Part shown: positions 12,607-26,092 of the stretch, in pieces
Layout of the letters: every line of letters begins with the position of its first letter
How positions within the stretch are numbered: position 1 is the first letter of the stretch
Origin: Ptychomitrium polyphyllum
Taxonomy: Eukaryota
Direction: 5' to 3'
Length of the DNA: 64,000 nucleotides
Assembly: GCA_973851085.1 (NCBI GenBank)
Contig: OZ316776.1
Span: 8,866,001 to 8,930,000 of the forward strand
The notes under the pieces: generated by a model
Database searches by the model: none
Seen by the model: the letters and a program-made list of their open reading frames with translations, nothing else
Told to the model about the DNA's origin: nothing
Translations under genes and position numbers: made by a program

Positions 12607-15600
12607 ATGGACGCGGGGGCGGGAATGGCGCGGGATACGGTGCGCAAGAGCGACGCGAACGGGACTAGGAGTGGAAGTAGCGCGAACGGGAGTGGGAGTA
12701 GTAGTTGTGGTAGTGAAGGGGAGGTGGTAGTAGGGGAGAAGGCGGGAATGGTTGAGAGGGAGGAGATGCCGTCGGGGGGAGGAGGTGGTGGTGGTGGTGG
12801 TGGAGGAGCGCGGCAGCAAGTGGCGGTGACGACAGGGCCGCGGCCTGCGCCGAGTTATCGAGTGGTGAGCGCTGTGATCGAGAAGAAGGAGGATGGTCCG
12901 GGGCCGCGGTGCGGCCATACGTTGACGGCCGTGGCAGCGGTCGGGGAGGAAGGTGCGCCGGGGTACGTTGGACCTAGGTTGATTTTGTTTGGAGGTGCCA
13001 CTGCGCTGGAGGGGAATTCTTCTGCCGCTGGTGGACCACAGACTGCTACTCCGGGCGCCGGCATTCGTAAGAGCTCATACTTTGCTTTTGTTTTTGATTT
13101 GGCTTCTTCTTTCTGTTAGCCGGTTCTGGTATCTGTTTACTGAACCTTGTTGATGAGATGGAATCAGTCTTTGTTCGCCATCCGAATTCCTGCTCTAGTG
13201 TCTGCGGTCTGAAGAGTAGAAGTTGCGCTGATTGATTGCATTACTATGAGGAGCGACCGATGAGACGATCTTCGATGTCTGTTGGTTGGATCACGAGGAA
13301 TTTGAAATCTCATTTAACTGTCACCTGTGCCTCGTTTCTGGAGCGTCATTCTACGCTTGACAGATTAACCATTCGCCAGGGTGAACGCGAAGTGGAATGT
13401 TTTTAAGTAATATGGTCATGGCTGGATTGATGATCCTAGTGGTGATCTTCAGTGCAATAAGTAGGCTTAGGGTGTGAAGAGGCTTTAGCTAATTAGATTT
13501 TCATCTGGTTAGACTCAAAGCCTTCGTTACGGAATTATCATTCAACAAGTTGTATTTACAGAGAGATTGGAGGATTTATGAAGCAATAGTTAGGGAATCA
13601 CTACCTTGCCGTAGGTTTTTGAACGGGAACCTCTCAAACAGCAAACATTATATATATTCGATCACTTTCAAGAGAATATGGGCATGTTACTCTCGAGATC
13701 TATTTAGGTTTTCACACTATTTGAACTAAAAATTTTCGGAGGTTTTTGAATTGAATGTTTTAAAGCGGGAGAGGAGGTTGAGGTTTTCGACAAGTCTTTC
13801 CGTGGATTTACGTTGCTTCCAACTGTCCTGCTTCCCGCGCCCTCAGCTCTACCAAAGCTTATATACCTTTAGTTGGCATGTAGCACTTGATATTGAACTT
13901 CGAAGCTTCGTAGAAACGAGTTTTTAGCTTTTGCGGACACTTGACGGCATGTAAATCCTGGTTCTGATTGTCAGGGTTTTGGTATAGTTAAAATGATTGA
14001 ACTACGGAATTTAGGGATTCTTTATTTTGTCAGTCATCTTTGTAGCTCCTGGTGGGTACCAATTCTCTGAAAACTATGAATGTACTTTGGGAGCTGCTGT
14101 TTTTTCTAGACACAGCTATCCTCGCAAGCAGATCCTCTCTGGTATGACATGCATTGTCATCGGGTGCAGCGGTGGGTTTTTCCTGGTTTTGAAAATGGGC
14201 AATGATGAGTTACACAATTCGTCTCCTGTTGGAATGACTTTCGGAGTTTCTGACGCGTCACATTTTCTAGGCTTTCTCATGAGATATGTTAATCGAGGTC
14301 GTCCATGGGTGTGCTCCACACTCTGCTAGGGATGGCCTCCTTGTGACAAGCAATGTAGAACACTTGACTCTCAGTGGGAACTGTGTTAATCTTTTTAGCT
14401 TTTACGAAATATTTAGAAGCTGGCCTGCTCGGTAGGTCTATTTTAAGGTCGTGGGGTTTATGGTTGGATGGTTTCAATATTTCGTTTAAAGCACCGATGG
14501 TGTAAAAGTGGGTAGACGCCTTGTGAGATCTCTTTGTTCTGCTCGCCCTATGTAGTCTGGATATGATGCAGATCAAGCAAGAAGTCTTGCTAAGACGAAT
14601 GGTTGATTACTTTCACAGGATTGGCGGGTGCTACTGCAGATGTGCATTGCTATGACGTGAATAGCAGAAAATGGTCTAGGTAAGTTGGGTCCATTTTTTT
14701 GAAGAGGGCTTTTCGACTCAGTTCTAAAGTGCTGTTGTGAATGTCATTGATATTTTCTGTTTGCACTGGGTCTTGATTTTCATGTGGTCAAACTATTAAG
14801 GGTGAATATTACACAACTTAAGATGATACCTTTCCTCGGAACACTCTCTCCAAATCTTGAGTCATGATGTTCAGCTTCCCTTTTCTTCTCATCAAAGGAA
14901 AGTTGTGCTGCCTTGTGCAGACTTATTCCTGTCGGAGATCCACCTTCTCCGCGAGCAGCACATGCAGCTACAGCGGTGGGAACCATGGTTGTTATCCAGG
15001 TATGCAACTGTCGTTTATGGATCTCTTTTAAAATTAGAGTGGTCACCTTGAACTCTAGCCTGCTCCCCCTTCTCTGATGATCCTTTCTGGTCATGTCTGC
15101 TACTAGTGAAGCAGGTAGTTCATGACTGGTCTGATCAATTGCAACAGTCGTATGCGCATTTAGAAATGTTTGACGTGCCAAATTTCTATCTCAGACTACC
15201 GCGCTCCATGTTTGAAATTTTACGGTGATATGATATTTCCAGCAAGTGAAAGCACTTGCTTGGATGTTTTTACACTAATGGATGTTATCTTGCTTGTACG
15301 TTACCAGGGAGGCATTGGACCAGCAGGCCTTTCAACAGACGACCTTCATGTTCTGGACTTAACTCAGGCCAAACCCAGGTGGCACAGGGTGGTCGTTCAA
15401 GGAGCAGGGCCAGGGCCTCGGTATGGACATGTGATGTCGTTGGTGGGACAGCGCTTTCTTTTGTCTATTAGTGGGAATGATGGTGAGCTTGTGCTTCCTA
15501 GAGTGGATTCTTACGTGTCATTGATATCGTACGTCAGCATGTGATAACATAATTCAGTCTTGAATTTCTAGCGGATTGTTGAATTGTTTTACTGAATACC

Positions 15601-18600
15601 CCTCCTCCACTGTTTGCTTGTCCTTTTAGTTTTTGGTGACCGACTAGCTGATTGTTATTTCAATCCTGTGATTTGCGACTTTTCTTGTATGAAATCTACA
15701 TGTTTATTGTCTTGCTTTATGATTTCAAATGAAATCGCTCACGGGTTTTATCGTTTGCACAGGCAAGCGACCTCTGGCAGATGTGTGGGCTTTGGATACA
15801 GCAGCTAAACCTTATGAGTGGAGAAAGCTCGATCCAGAAGGAGAAGGCCCTCCTCCTTGCATGTAAACATCATTCCTTTAGGATGTTTTCTTGAAGTTTT
15901 GCATGCTTTTCTTATATGGAGGATTTGGATTATGAAGAAAGACGATAATTCTTGTAATAAGACCGCTTTTATCTATGTTGGAGATTTGTGTTCAAAGTTT
16001 TAGTTCCTGTCTTTTGCATTTCAAGTGTTGAGAGGATTTTGTTATAAGCAGGCAATTCAATCTATTCAAACAGTAGGACGATTGTTCAGCTTAAATAAGA
16101 GGAAGACAGAGCATTGTGTTGATTATAAGCCATTTGATGGATTCAGGTATGCAACTGCATGTGCTCGATCAGATGGCCTTCTCCTTCTTAGTGGTGGAAG
16201 AGATGCAAACAGCGTGGTATGTGGCTTTTTGATTTGTATTTCTTCCATGAATTAGATCCTGCAGCAGTTCAACTGTGGCTTTTTTTCTATCTTTCTTTTC
16301 TGAGTTGTAATCTGTTCTTTTTGGCTGTAGCCTTTAGATAGTGCTTATGGGCTTGCAAAACATCGAGACGGGCGGTGGGAATGGGCAGTAGCTCCTGGAA
16401 TTGCGCCATCAGGTCGATACCAGCATGCTGCGGTATGTAAACCCTTTTTATGGAATGTTCTTTCCTCTGACTCTTTGTGTTGTACATAAGTGCAGTGGCT
16501 TTTTTTTGGGTATGTAGCAAGAAACCAATATTAAATAATCCCAAGGGAACCCTATCACCAAGAAGTCTGTCAGGTGATGGTGGATAGTGAAGTTTGCTTT
16601 CATCAGAAAGGCGACGGGCATTTGTAAGAATGTCCACAAGCATGGGCAAAGCTGCTTGATTATTATTAGTTATCACCTTCATGGTGAATCACTATATTTC
16701 CCTTTTGCAATGTGTTCTGTTGAAACTGTAGCCTTAGTTTTGTTTGGGTTTCTCACTTATGTAATGTTTGATCTTTGGCAGGTTTTTGTTAATGCTAGGC
16801 TTCACGTTTCTGGAGGTGCCTTAGGAGGAGGTCGTATGGTGGAAGATGAGAGTAGTGTTGCAGGTTTGGTGAAATTTTCGTTCCTGCTAGTTACTACAAG
16901 AAGCTCTGTAGACTAAAATAATTGACTTCTTATTTCATTCCATTACGAGCGAATTATTTTAGTTATGAAACTATTCTCTAAATGTCGATTTCTTTGTGTT
17001 TGCAATGTTCACAGAGCTCCTTTGCTTCGTGTAATTGATTTGTCTTTCTTTGTTCTTGGTATGGCGCAGTATTAGATACAGCTGCTGGTGTGTGGTGTGA
17101 TAAGAAAGCAATAGTGAATAGCCCGCGACATGGGAGGTATTCTCAAGATGTGGCTGGTGGGGATGCTACCCTTGAGCTCACCAGGCGGTGTCGCCATGCA
17201 GCAGCGTCCGTTGGTGACCATATTTATTTGTACGGTGGTCTTCGGGGAGGTGGTCTTCTGTTACTCTGGGCTTTGATAACAGAAGATTAGATACTATTTT
17301 TATCTGCAAATTCAGGGCTTACTCAAGTTTCTGTTGATTGTATGCACTATTTAAATCAATAGTCCTGGTATTGATTCCAACGTTGTGCTGTTGTTGTACA
17401 GGTGTTTTGTTAGACGATTTGTTAGTGGCAGAAGATTTAGCTGCGGCCGAGACTACCTCAGCAGCATTGCATCAAGCTGCACTTCAGTCATCTGCACCTC
17501 AATCTCAGCCTAGTACTATGTCTACTGCTAAAGCTATTGCTGAGCGACAGAAGACAGCAGATGGGTCAGTTGTTATGGCAAGCCCTGTGGCAGCACCTGT
17601 CAATGGTGACACAACTATGGATATTAGTACGGAAAATGCATTGTCTCATGGGCACCGGTAAGGTTTTTTAATTGGATGTTAAAAGGAATGCTCAGTTTTC
17701 TTCTGTCCTTTTCTTCTTCTCAATCGCATGTGAATATAATTGTTGGAGCTACTTTTATTTGCTTTTCATCGTTATTTACCAACTCGTTGGGATCCGCTAG
17801 GGATTCTTTGGATATTCCAGTTCTCCCGAGTATGTTCATGTTCGTATATGTTACCATTTTTCAGGAGTGAGAGAAAAGGAGTAGAGTCACTGGTAGAGGC
17901 ATCAGCAGCAGAAGCAGAAGCTATCAACAATGCGTTGAAGGCTGCAGAAGCCAAAGCTGCAGCTTCTCGAGGTACAAATGAAGAAGCTGAAACTGGGGAA
18001 TCAGATAGAGATCACGGTGCTGAAGCAACTCCTAGGGGGAAACCACTTGCGTCACCTGCAGCAACTTTAATGGGATTAAATAAGCTACCTGATGGAGCCC
18101 GCACTCCACCACCGACAGACGTTAGACTTCATCATAGAGCGGTAAGAGCACTTCAGTCTGCATAGTAGTAGTCGGAATTTTTTAAAGCCAGTATCAAAAC
18201 CATCTCAGCCGAATTGGCACTTAAAGATCGTTGGTTACAAACAAGTTCTGATCATGATGTTGTAGGGCTGTGTATTCTGTTAGTGAAGGCTAGTTTGAGA
18301 TAGCCCTCACCTGGTAATAGACATGGTTTATATGTTATGATATAATGTGTGGACATTCTGAATGACTGTCAATTGAACTGATGCGATTGGAGTATGGCTA
18401 CAGGTTGTGGTTGCTGCTGAATCTGGAGGTGCATTGGGAGGATTGGTTAGGCAATTATCCATTGATCAATTTGAAAACGAAGGTCGGCGAGTTAGTTATG
18501 GAACTACCCCCAATAGTGCTATGCAAGCAAGGCGACTTCTTGACCGTCAAATGTCCATGGCTAGTGTCCAGAAGAAGGTATGTTCTTTTGAGTTCTTGCA

Positions 18601-21261
18601 TTTTTTGTGTAGGTTGATAGAGGTTATTTGGAGTTTTCTCCTTATTGGTTTCTGATTGAGCTGTTACACTCTTTAACCCTGAAATTGTATTCATTGTATG
18701 CAGGTGCTAGCTTACTTGCTGAAGCCCCGAGGCTGGAAACCACCTGTTAAACGGCAGTTTTTCATGGATTGTAATGAGATAGCTGAACTTTGTGACGCCG
18801 CTGAACGCTTGTTCAGTCAAGAATCGAGTGTTTTGCAAATAAGAGCTCCTGTCAAAATCTTTGGAGATCTCCATGGACAGTTTGGTGACCTAATGCGTTT
18901 GTTCGATGAGTATGGATCTCCTTCTACAGCCGGAGACATCACGTGAGTTCTTCTTGTATTTTTGTTATCATCCCAACTGTTACTTGCATTGATTGATAGT
19001 GTAAGCCTCTACGTGTTTGTTTAACTAAGAAGAGATTGTAGATGAGTCAAGATGAGTTAGTACTAGCATCAATTTTTGTTTGTAGTTGCAAAGATATCTA
19101 ATGATATGTTGTGTGTCTTTCCAGATATATTGATTATCTCTTCTTAGGAGATTATGTCGATCGTGGGCAACATAGCTTAGAAACCATCACTCTTTTACTT
19201 GCTCTGAAGGTTAGATTTTTCAGCTCTTGATTTCCAGCAAATGATCTTGAAGTTTACGTATGCATGTTCTTTTCCAAATTTTATTCAGAGTCTGTAGCTG
19301 CTTCTTCTCCCGGTTTTTTTGGTTTTGTATATTTATTATCATATATACATACATACTTTAATTTTTTGAAATTTGAACTCTTGACATAGTTGTGGTCATT
19401 TTTTTTTTTGGGTCAGATTGAGTACCCAAATAATGTACATCTTATTCGTGGAAATCATGAAGCTGCCGATATAAATGCACTTTTTGGGTTTCGCATTGAG
19501 TGTATCGAACGCATGGTATGTCAGGACTTAATTCATCTTTGACGGCACATGTGTGTTGGGTTTTTTCCGGGTACCAGTATTTAATCTGTCGTTGGAGCTT
19601 TTTAGTACTTATAACTGTGGCTGATTTCTAGTCATGTAAGGTTGTGTTTGATGATAGGCTGATTCTAATTTGTGAATAGACGGTATGGTGGGTGATTTTC
19701 TGATTATAAGCGACTGCTATACTTTATGTTCTTGCACCGAAGTTAATTGTTGTCTTGAAAATGAAAAGAAAAACTATGACTTGTAGTTAAAGCAGTTTAT
19801 TTCTGGGATCTTTTGAACATTTTGTCCTCTGTTACTTGATATACAAGAATCACATTACCTGATTTAGGTGTGGATATTATATTTAGGAAAACTGTAGGCT
19901 ACCATGTACTTTTGACCTGATCGCGTTCTGTTTGCTCATTTGATGTTGACACGGGGACATCCAGGGTGAGCGTGATGGAATATGGGCTTGGCAACGCATC
20001 AATCAACTTTTTAACTGGCTACCGCTAGCTGCTCTTATAGAAAAAAAAATTATCTGCATGCATGGAGGAATTGGAAGATCGATCAATCATGTACATCAAA
20101 TTGAATCCCTGCAACGGCCTATTACCATGGAAGCTGGCTCTGTTGTTCTTATGGACCTTCTTTGGTATGGTGTCACGTCCCTCGAGTAGAGATACTGAAT
20201 ATTTTACTTATCCTGATCCAATTCTGATCTATGAATCTTCTTATGTGCTCCATGTGCAAAATCATTTTCAAGACTACAGTAAGTATGATGTAGACATTTC
20301 AGCAAGTACGTTGCAAGTACTGTGTTGAGCAAAGCATTTTTGGTTATCGCAGGTCTGATCCAACAGAGAATGACAGTGTCGAGGGCCTCCGGCCAAATGC
20401 ACGTGGGCCAGGTCTTGTCACCTTTGGGGTAAGTTGGACTTGCAATATTACATGTACCTGTAATTTTTTGGGAAATGGTTGGGCTTCGTACTTTACCGTG
20501 CTTCATTAATTCATTCATTTTATTTGGATAGTGTTTTTGCTGTTATGTGCTCATACTTCTAGTGTTCTTTCTTGCAGCCGGATCGTGTGATGGAGTTTTG
20601 TAAGAATAACGACTTGCAGCTTATTGTGCGAGCACATGAGTGTGTGATGGACGGATTTGAGCGCTTTGCTCAAGGTCATCTGATAACTTTGTTTTCTGCC
20701 ACAAATTACTGCGGTAAGGATACAGGTTGCCATATTGTTGTAGATGCATAGTGTTTCAAAATACCTATGTTTCCATTGATCGATTTGGTTCAAGTTTAAA
20801 GACTATCAGCATATTGAAAGTTTATGGTGCACAAAATTTATGCTTCGTTTTCTTGTTTTGTACTATATTTCAGGCACTGCCAACAATGCAGGCGCAATTT
20901 TGGTTTTGGGAAGGGACTTGGTAGTGGTGCCTAAGCTCATCCATCCTATTCCCCCTGCAATTACCTCACCTGAATCATCACCAGAACGCCATCTTGAAGA
21001 CACGTGGATGCAGGTGCTTGTCTCCTATGGGATTTCTTGTTTGCTTTCCTTTCTTTTCTACGTGTGTTCAGCAGTCATTGCGTATGCTAAGCTTAGTTAC
21101 GTGTAAGTTGCAGATATATATTATGTATTCAAGTGGTTCATCGATCTAATGGGCTGGCAATGACATGGTTATGGCAGGAGTTGAATGTGCAAAGGCCACC
21201 TACACCTACTCGAGGGCGACCACAACCGGCAAATGATCGGGGTTCTTTAGCCTGGATATGA
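12607..21261 (+). CDS. BSL: BSU1-family Ser/Thr protein phosphatase with kelch repeats (PPKL, BSL2/BSL3-like), about 20 exons
   Basis: Kelch repeats ([44 protein letters not shown]). PPP motifs [36 protein letters not shown]-terminus DRGSLAWI* (TGA 21259-21261). Canonical splice sites at the junctions checked. Confidence 0.96.
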
Positions 21262-24200
21262 TAGTTAGCGTAGGCTTGGTTATACTTTCTCTGCACCTTA
21301 CTCTGTGCTGGGAGTGAATTTTTTTATTTAGGTTTTGTAAAGTATGCCAATGTGTACTGCTTTTTAGGAATAATAAGAGTCACTCCCTCTATCTTATTCT
21401 CTCTATTTTTGTCTTATGTTGTTACTTGATAGTCCTTGAGCATGGCTGCCATCAGTAATGGCTTCAGAAATCTAGAGGGTTTGAGTTGCTTGTGGTGACA
21501 ACTATGGTATCAACTCTTGCGACGTTGCCAAGAATGGATCTATCCCAATTTGGGAGTGGGCTGCATCATTACATCAGTTGTGCCAGATATGATCCTCCAG
21601 ACTTTTGCCATCTTCCTATACGATGGTGCTAATTGGTACACGAGTCTTGGAATGTCGAGAAAATTCGGCTTTAAGTTGTTCACGTAGGGTGTTTGGAGTA
21701 GGTCGCAATTTAAGCTGGCGCAGAACTTTCTGAACTGCGATTTTTAAGGACCCTATTGCACAAGAGTTCCATATGGGATTTCCTGTGATACTCACCGGTA
21801 AAATTGATGGTTTTCTTGGTGAGATCTCGGTTATCTAACGAGTTTCTATTGCCACGACACAATTTTTATCCACGAGCATTTGAGAGGCACGGAAGTTGGC
21901 AATGAATGACTTTGACTCTTGTCTACATCCAAAAAGTTCCTCTTATGGAGTATGTCTCATATCACGAGCGTTGTAGGTTTCGGGGGAAGTTTCGATGCGT
22001 CTTAAACAAAGTGTAACGCAATTTAATTTCGAAATTTTTGATGGTTTTTTTGCAAGATTTGGTGTGGCGACTAGCTCATCTTACTCGAGATCTTTGAGCT
22101 CCGACCGAGGCTTCGTTTCTGAGCTCATTTCATCTATGTGGGAATTTCCTCCTCCCCTTGAGCTCGAGGTTCGAATGTTTACCTTGAAGTAGTGCGAAGG
22201 CTAGATGAGCACAGGAAGAGATTCTTCTGGGGAAGAGTTTAAGAGTAGGGGGTGTGGACAGAGTTACGGTTTTGGAGAATTAGCTATGGAGAAAAACTTT
22301 CAAAGCCCTGTCGAGTCACGCTGGGTACGTTGGGAAGCTTAGTTTCAACTTCGATCTTGTACTCATCGAACACATACAAGAGGAAGTTTCAAGCTGGATT
22401 GTGGATCAAAATGTCACAGAAATTTGAGTAATCAACCGATTCCTTCTCCCTCTCGTCCTGATATGATGAGTTTTTGTGCATCAATATGTTAGCGTTTCTT
22501 TGTTATTTTCCGAGTGGTGTAGGAGTTTACTAGAGATTTAGGGTTCCAGAAGCAGACTCAAGTTCAAGATATATAGGAAGTGAGCGGAGATGAGATATGC
22601 CAGTAGGTTAGAGCTCACAGATGAGGTTTCAATTACCTCTCATTTCCAGCACATTTGTTTAGCAACAGTAATGATCAGACATCAATGTAATCGGACAATT
22701 CTTGTCTGGATGTAATGCGGGATGCAATTGCAAAGTGGCAGCTCCTGTTGGGGTAGTAGGGGTTGGACAGAAAGAGCATACAGTTCATTGTCTACCAGTT
22801 TTTATACCTTTTTGGCTACAGCTTCTTCAGGCAGCTTTATCCATGGTGGGCAGAGGTGAAGCACATGGGAACTGGACCAGATCTTGCTGTTGGTGTGGTT
22901 GGTAAGGAGGAGTTACTATTCAGTAACTTAGATGAGGTGAGGCTCCTGTGTGACATTCCTACGGAAATTTCGAGATGAAACTTTTCGTCTCAATAGAGTA
23001 CTTTCTTTGTTTTTGGCAGTGTAGAATAGGTTGAAATTTACGTTCGGGAGGTTGGGAATACTTTGACTATTATCCTCTGTTACCGTTGCATATATTGGAG
23101 TGACTGGGAGCTTGTCAAGCGTTTTGTTATGTTACTGACTTGAGAGTTTGCAAATGTACGCTGGAAGCCCTTGGACACAAGTTCATCTCAGATGCAGACC
23201 AGCTCGTTTTGGAAGTCCAAGTAGCTGTGCATAATCATGACGAGGTGAAGCTGGAAGGAAGCCTACGTGGAGATTGGTGTATCTCCCTTGCTGACTTGTA
23301 ACTTAAACAATAAAAAAGAATGGAAGTATCTGAATGGCTATCTATCCAAGGCATACTTTTGTCAACGCGTTTACTTTTTGAATGTCAACGTGTTTATGGT
23401 AACCATAGATTTAGCTAACTGTAATTCGACCTGTTTAAATGTGTCCCTGAGAAATATATTTGAAAGATGTGCCAGAGGTTAAACTTAGATTTGTTGTTTG
23501 CATGATGCAAGCCTTAATGCTACTGTAGAAGAAATGCAATAGCATTTTCAAAATCAAATTTTGAAGCACATGCTTTCAGAAGAGCTGGTCTTGTTATTAA
23601 ATGTATCTTTCTGTTCGAGTTCATCTGGATACTTGTTGAAATCGTCTCATACTGATAATGTAATTGATCTGTGTATGCAGCTGACTGTTTGGACTTTAAC
23701 AAAGAAGAAGGTGTTTGGAAAGGATGAAGTAAGCTTTGAATGACAGCACTGTCACAGGTCGATTGCCGCCCCTACTTAGTCATGTTCAGAATTGCAATAA
23801 TTAATCATATTATTTTCCGATGGACTACTTTGCAAACCTCCAGTAATTTTGTTTACTGTAGCATCGTTCTTCCTGGAAACTGAAATCCTGCTCGTAAACG
23901 TTCATGATCAATGACCACACTGCTCTTTAAGTGCCAGCTGCTCTACGTATTTTCGCACACAGCTTCATCATATTGTCCGCAGAATTAGAACAATGCGTAA
24001 ATTGTTGGAAATAAAGGTTTTTGAACAGAACTGAATTAGGGTATGTTAAGCTTCAAGTGATTAATACCAAATCTCATTGCTAGCTAATTCTGACCTATGA
24101 GTTATGGTTAAAAGTTGACCAGGACCTTTCTCTATTGCTCGTTGCAGCCACCATTATTTGCAGCAATATCAGCACCAGTCAAGGAAACCTCAAGTGCTTC

Positions 24201-25507
24201 AACCTGGTTAAGCCACCCAGGTTATTCGCGCTCGAAAACCGAGTAAATCATGCAACAAAATTCAAACTTCCTCTAAACATCTTGCATGAGCAGTCTCGTC
24301 AGCAGTAAATTTCAACTCAAAAATCTAAAAACCTGGAGGGAAAATACTTCAACTTCACTTTGAAAATCATGGAGGGAAAGGATACCAGGTGGCCACGTCG
24401 GACTGGTGCCTAAAAAAGGCATCTTGCGCATGAAGTAAAGCTCAAATTTAGAAGCCAGCAGCCTGATCTTTGGGCCTGAGCAGCCTAAAAGGCCCGCCGT
24501 GGCGTCTTGAATCCTGGAACCGGCGCCCCGATCGCGCCGTCAAGATCGTCTATCCGCGAATTGCAGAATTTAGATTAACCTGCGGCTCAATCCAGCATCC
24601 TGGATGTGGGTCCAGTTCCAGGAATTCATGTGGCTTGGCAAGTTTGGCCAGACGTGAGTTTGGCGCAGCGGTATCACCGCTGCCACTGGGTTTAGCCTGC
24701 GCCTCTGACGAGCCCATGTGATGCAGGCCTGGGAGGGAGGAATGGCAGGACCTGCCACTCTTTGCTAGAGTTGCTTGCATCCCATGCGGTGTGTTTGGTT
24801 CGCTTGCACAAGCTTATTCAGATCGCCGACTGGTGAGTTCAGAGTTCAATGGATTTTACTAAGTTTTCGTTTCTGGATTTTATGATGGGTTTATGTGTAG
24901 TGCAGCTTGTGCACAAAGATAAGCTGTGGTGGCTTCCTTTCGTTTGCAGTGGACGGGTGGGGTCCTGGGGACGAGTTGGTAGATGAAACATTACTTGCTT
25001 TTTGTTGCGAGAGTTGTAAAGTGATGGGGTCGTGGGCTTGACGTGGGGCTCATGGTGATGGTGGCGGGCCTGTTCTAGTTGCAGGGACGAGTCGGTGATG
25101 GCGGGGGTGCAGCACCGACAGACACACGGTTAAGAGAGCGTCGTAGGCGGTCTTGTGTAATATCGGACCAGACCTCTCACGTGTTGTCGCAGCAATCACT
25201 TTATCGGTTACATAGAAAGTAGCTTCAGGACTTTGTCAACTTCACAAATTTTGACAAGGACTTCACTCGTAAGCTTCTGCACTATATGGAATGCATTCGA
25301 CGGTTTTCACGTTTGGGTTTGAATTTGGTTTTTGTTGTTTAGGAGAAGGTTAAGTTAAGAGTATGCTACATTGTTGTGGTTCATTTCGTGTCCCAGTGAA
25401 TTATCAAGAAGGGAGAGATAGCTACCTTCAAGTCACGCCTTTCAGGAGACGCCGAGGCATCTCCGCTCAGACCATTGAGGTTCGCATCGCCATCGCGTCG
25501 CAACGGC

Positions 25508-26092
25508 ATGGGGACCGCGCAAGTAGAGCTCATGCCCATGAGCCCGGTCTGCACCTTCGTGCGGCCCAAGAAGAATTTTGTCAAGTCGCAGAGCTTCAAG
25601 GAGCACCACCTTCGGAAGGCACCTCCACGAGATGACATAGCCGAGATTGTGGAGAGCTTGTCTAAGTTCACTTTTACCGTGCCAGCCGTGAAGGAGGAGG
25701 CTGACGAGGAGCAAGAGTACATGGCCAAGTGCGAGTGCTGTGGGTTGATGGAGGAATGTACGCCGGGGTATGTCGCGCGTATGAAGGCCACCTTTTGCGG
25801 GAAGCTCGTGTGTGGGCTCTGTGGGGAAGCTGTGAATGAGGAGCGCATGCAAATGGGGCCTCAGACATCCATGGAGGATGCCCTCTCTGCTCACATGAAA
25901 ATTTGTTTCAAATTCAATACGTTCACGCGCCAGGACCCGGCTAAGGATTTGGCCCAAGCCATGCGACAAATCCTTCGCCGGAGCATCGAGCTCGGTGCAC
26001 CGACCAAACCTAAGGGTCAGCTGTGGCAGCGCGCTGGGCTCTCTCGCAGCGAAACATTCAGCAGCCGTGGAGTACGCAAGAGTTTGCCATGA
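25508..26092 (+). CDS. DUF1677 family protein, intronless CDS
   Basis: AKCECCGLMEECTPGYVARMKATFCGKLVCGLCGEAVNEE and LAQAMRQILRRS signatures. First in-frame ATG at 25508. Confidence 0.9.
   Translation: MGTAQVELMPMSPVCTFVRPKKNFVKSQSFKEHHLRKAPPRDDIAEIVESLSKFTFTVPAVKEEADEEQEYMAKCECCGLMEECTPGYVARMKATFCGKLVCGLCGEAVNEERMQMGPQTSMEDALSAHMKICFKFNTFTRQDPAKDLAQAMRQILRRSIELGAPTKPKGQLWQRAGLSRSETFSSRGVRKSLP

Noticed and set aside
12084..12647. Multiple overlapping ORFs upstream of BSL
   Set aside because: GC/GA-rich promoter and leader sequence giving low-complexity translations.
21900..23300. Possible retroelement or gene remnant downstream of BSL
   Set aside because: Only short frames without a recognisable motif.
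24686..24696. CTAAACCC on the minus strand as a telomerase RNA template
   Set aside because: Only an 8-nt match, and no convincing USE/TATA Pol III promoter at a suitable distance.
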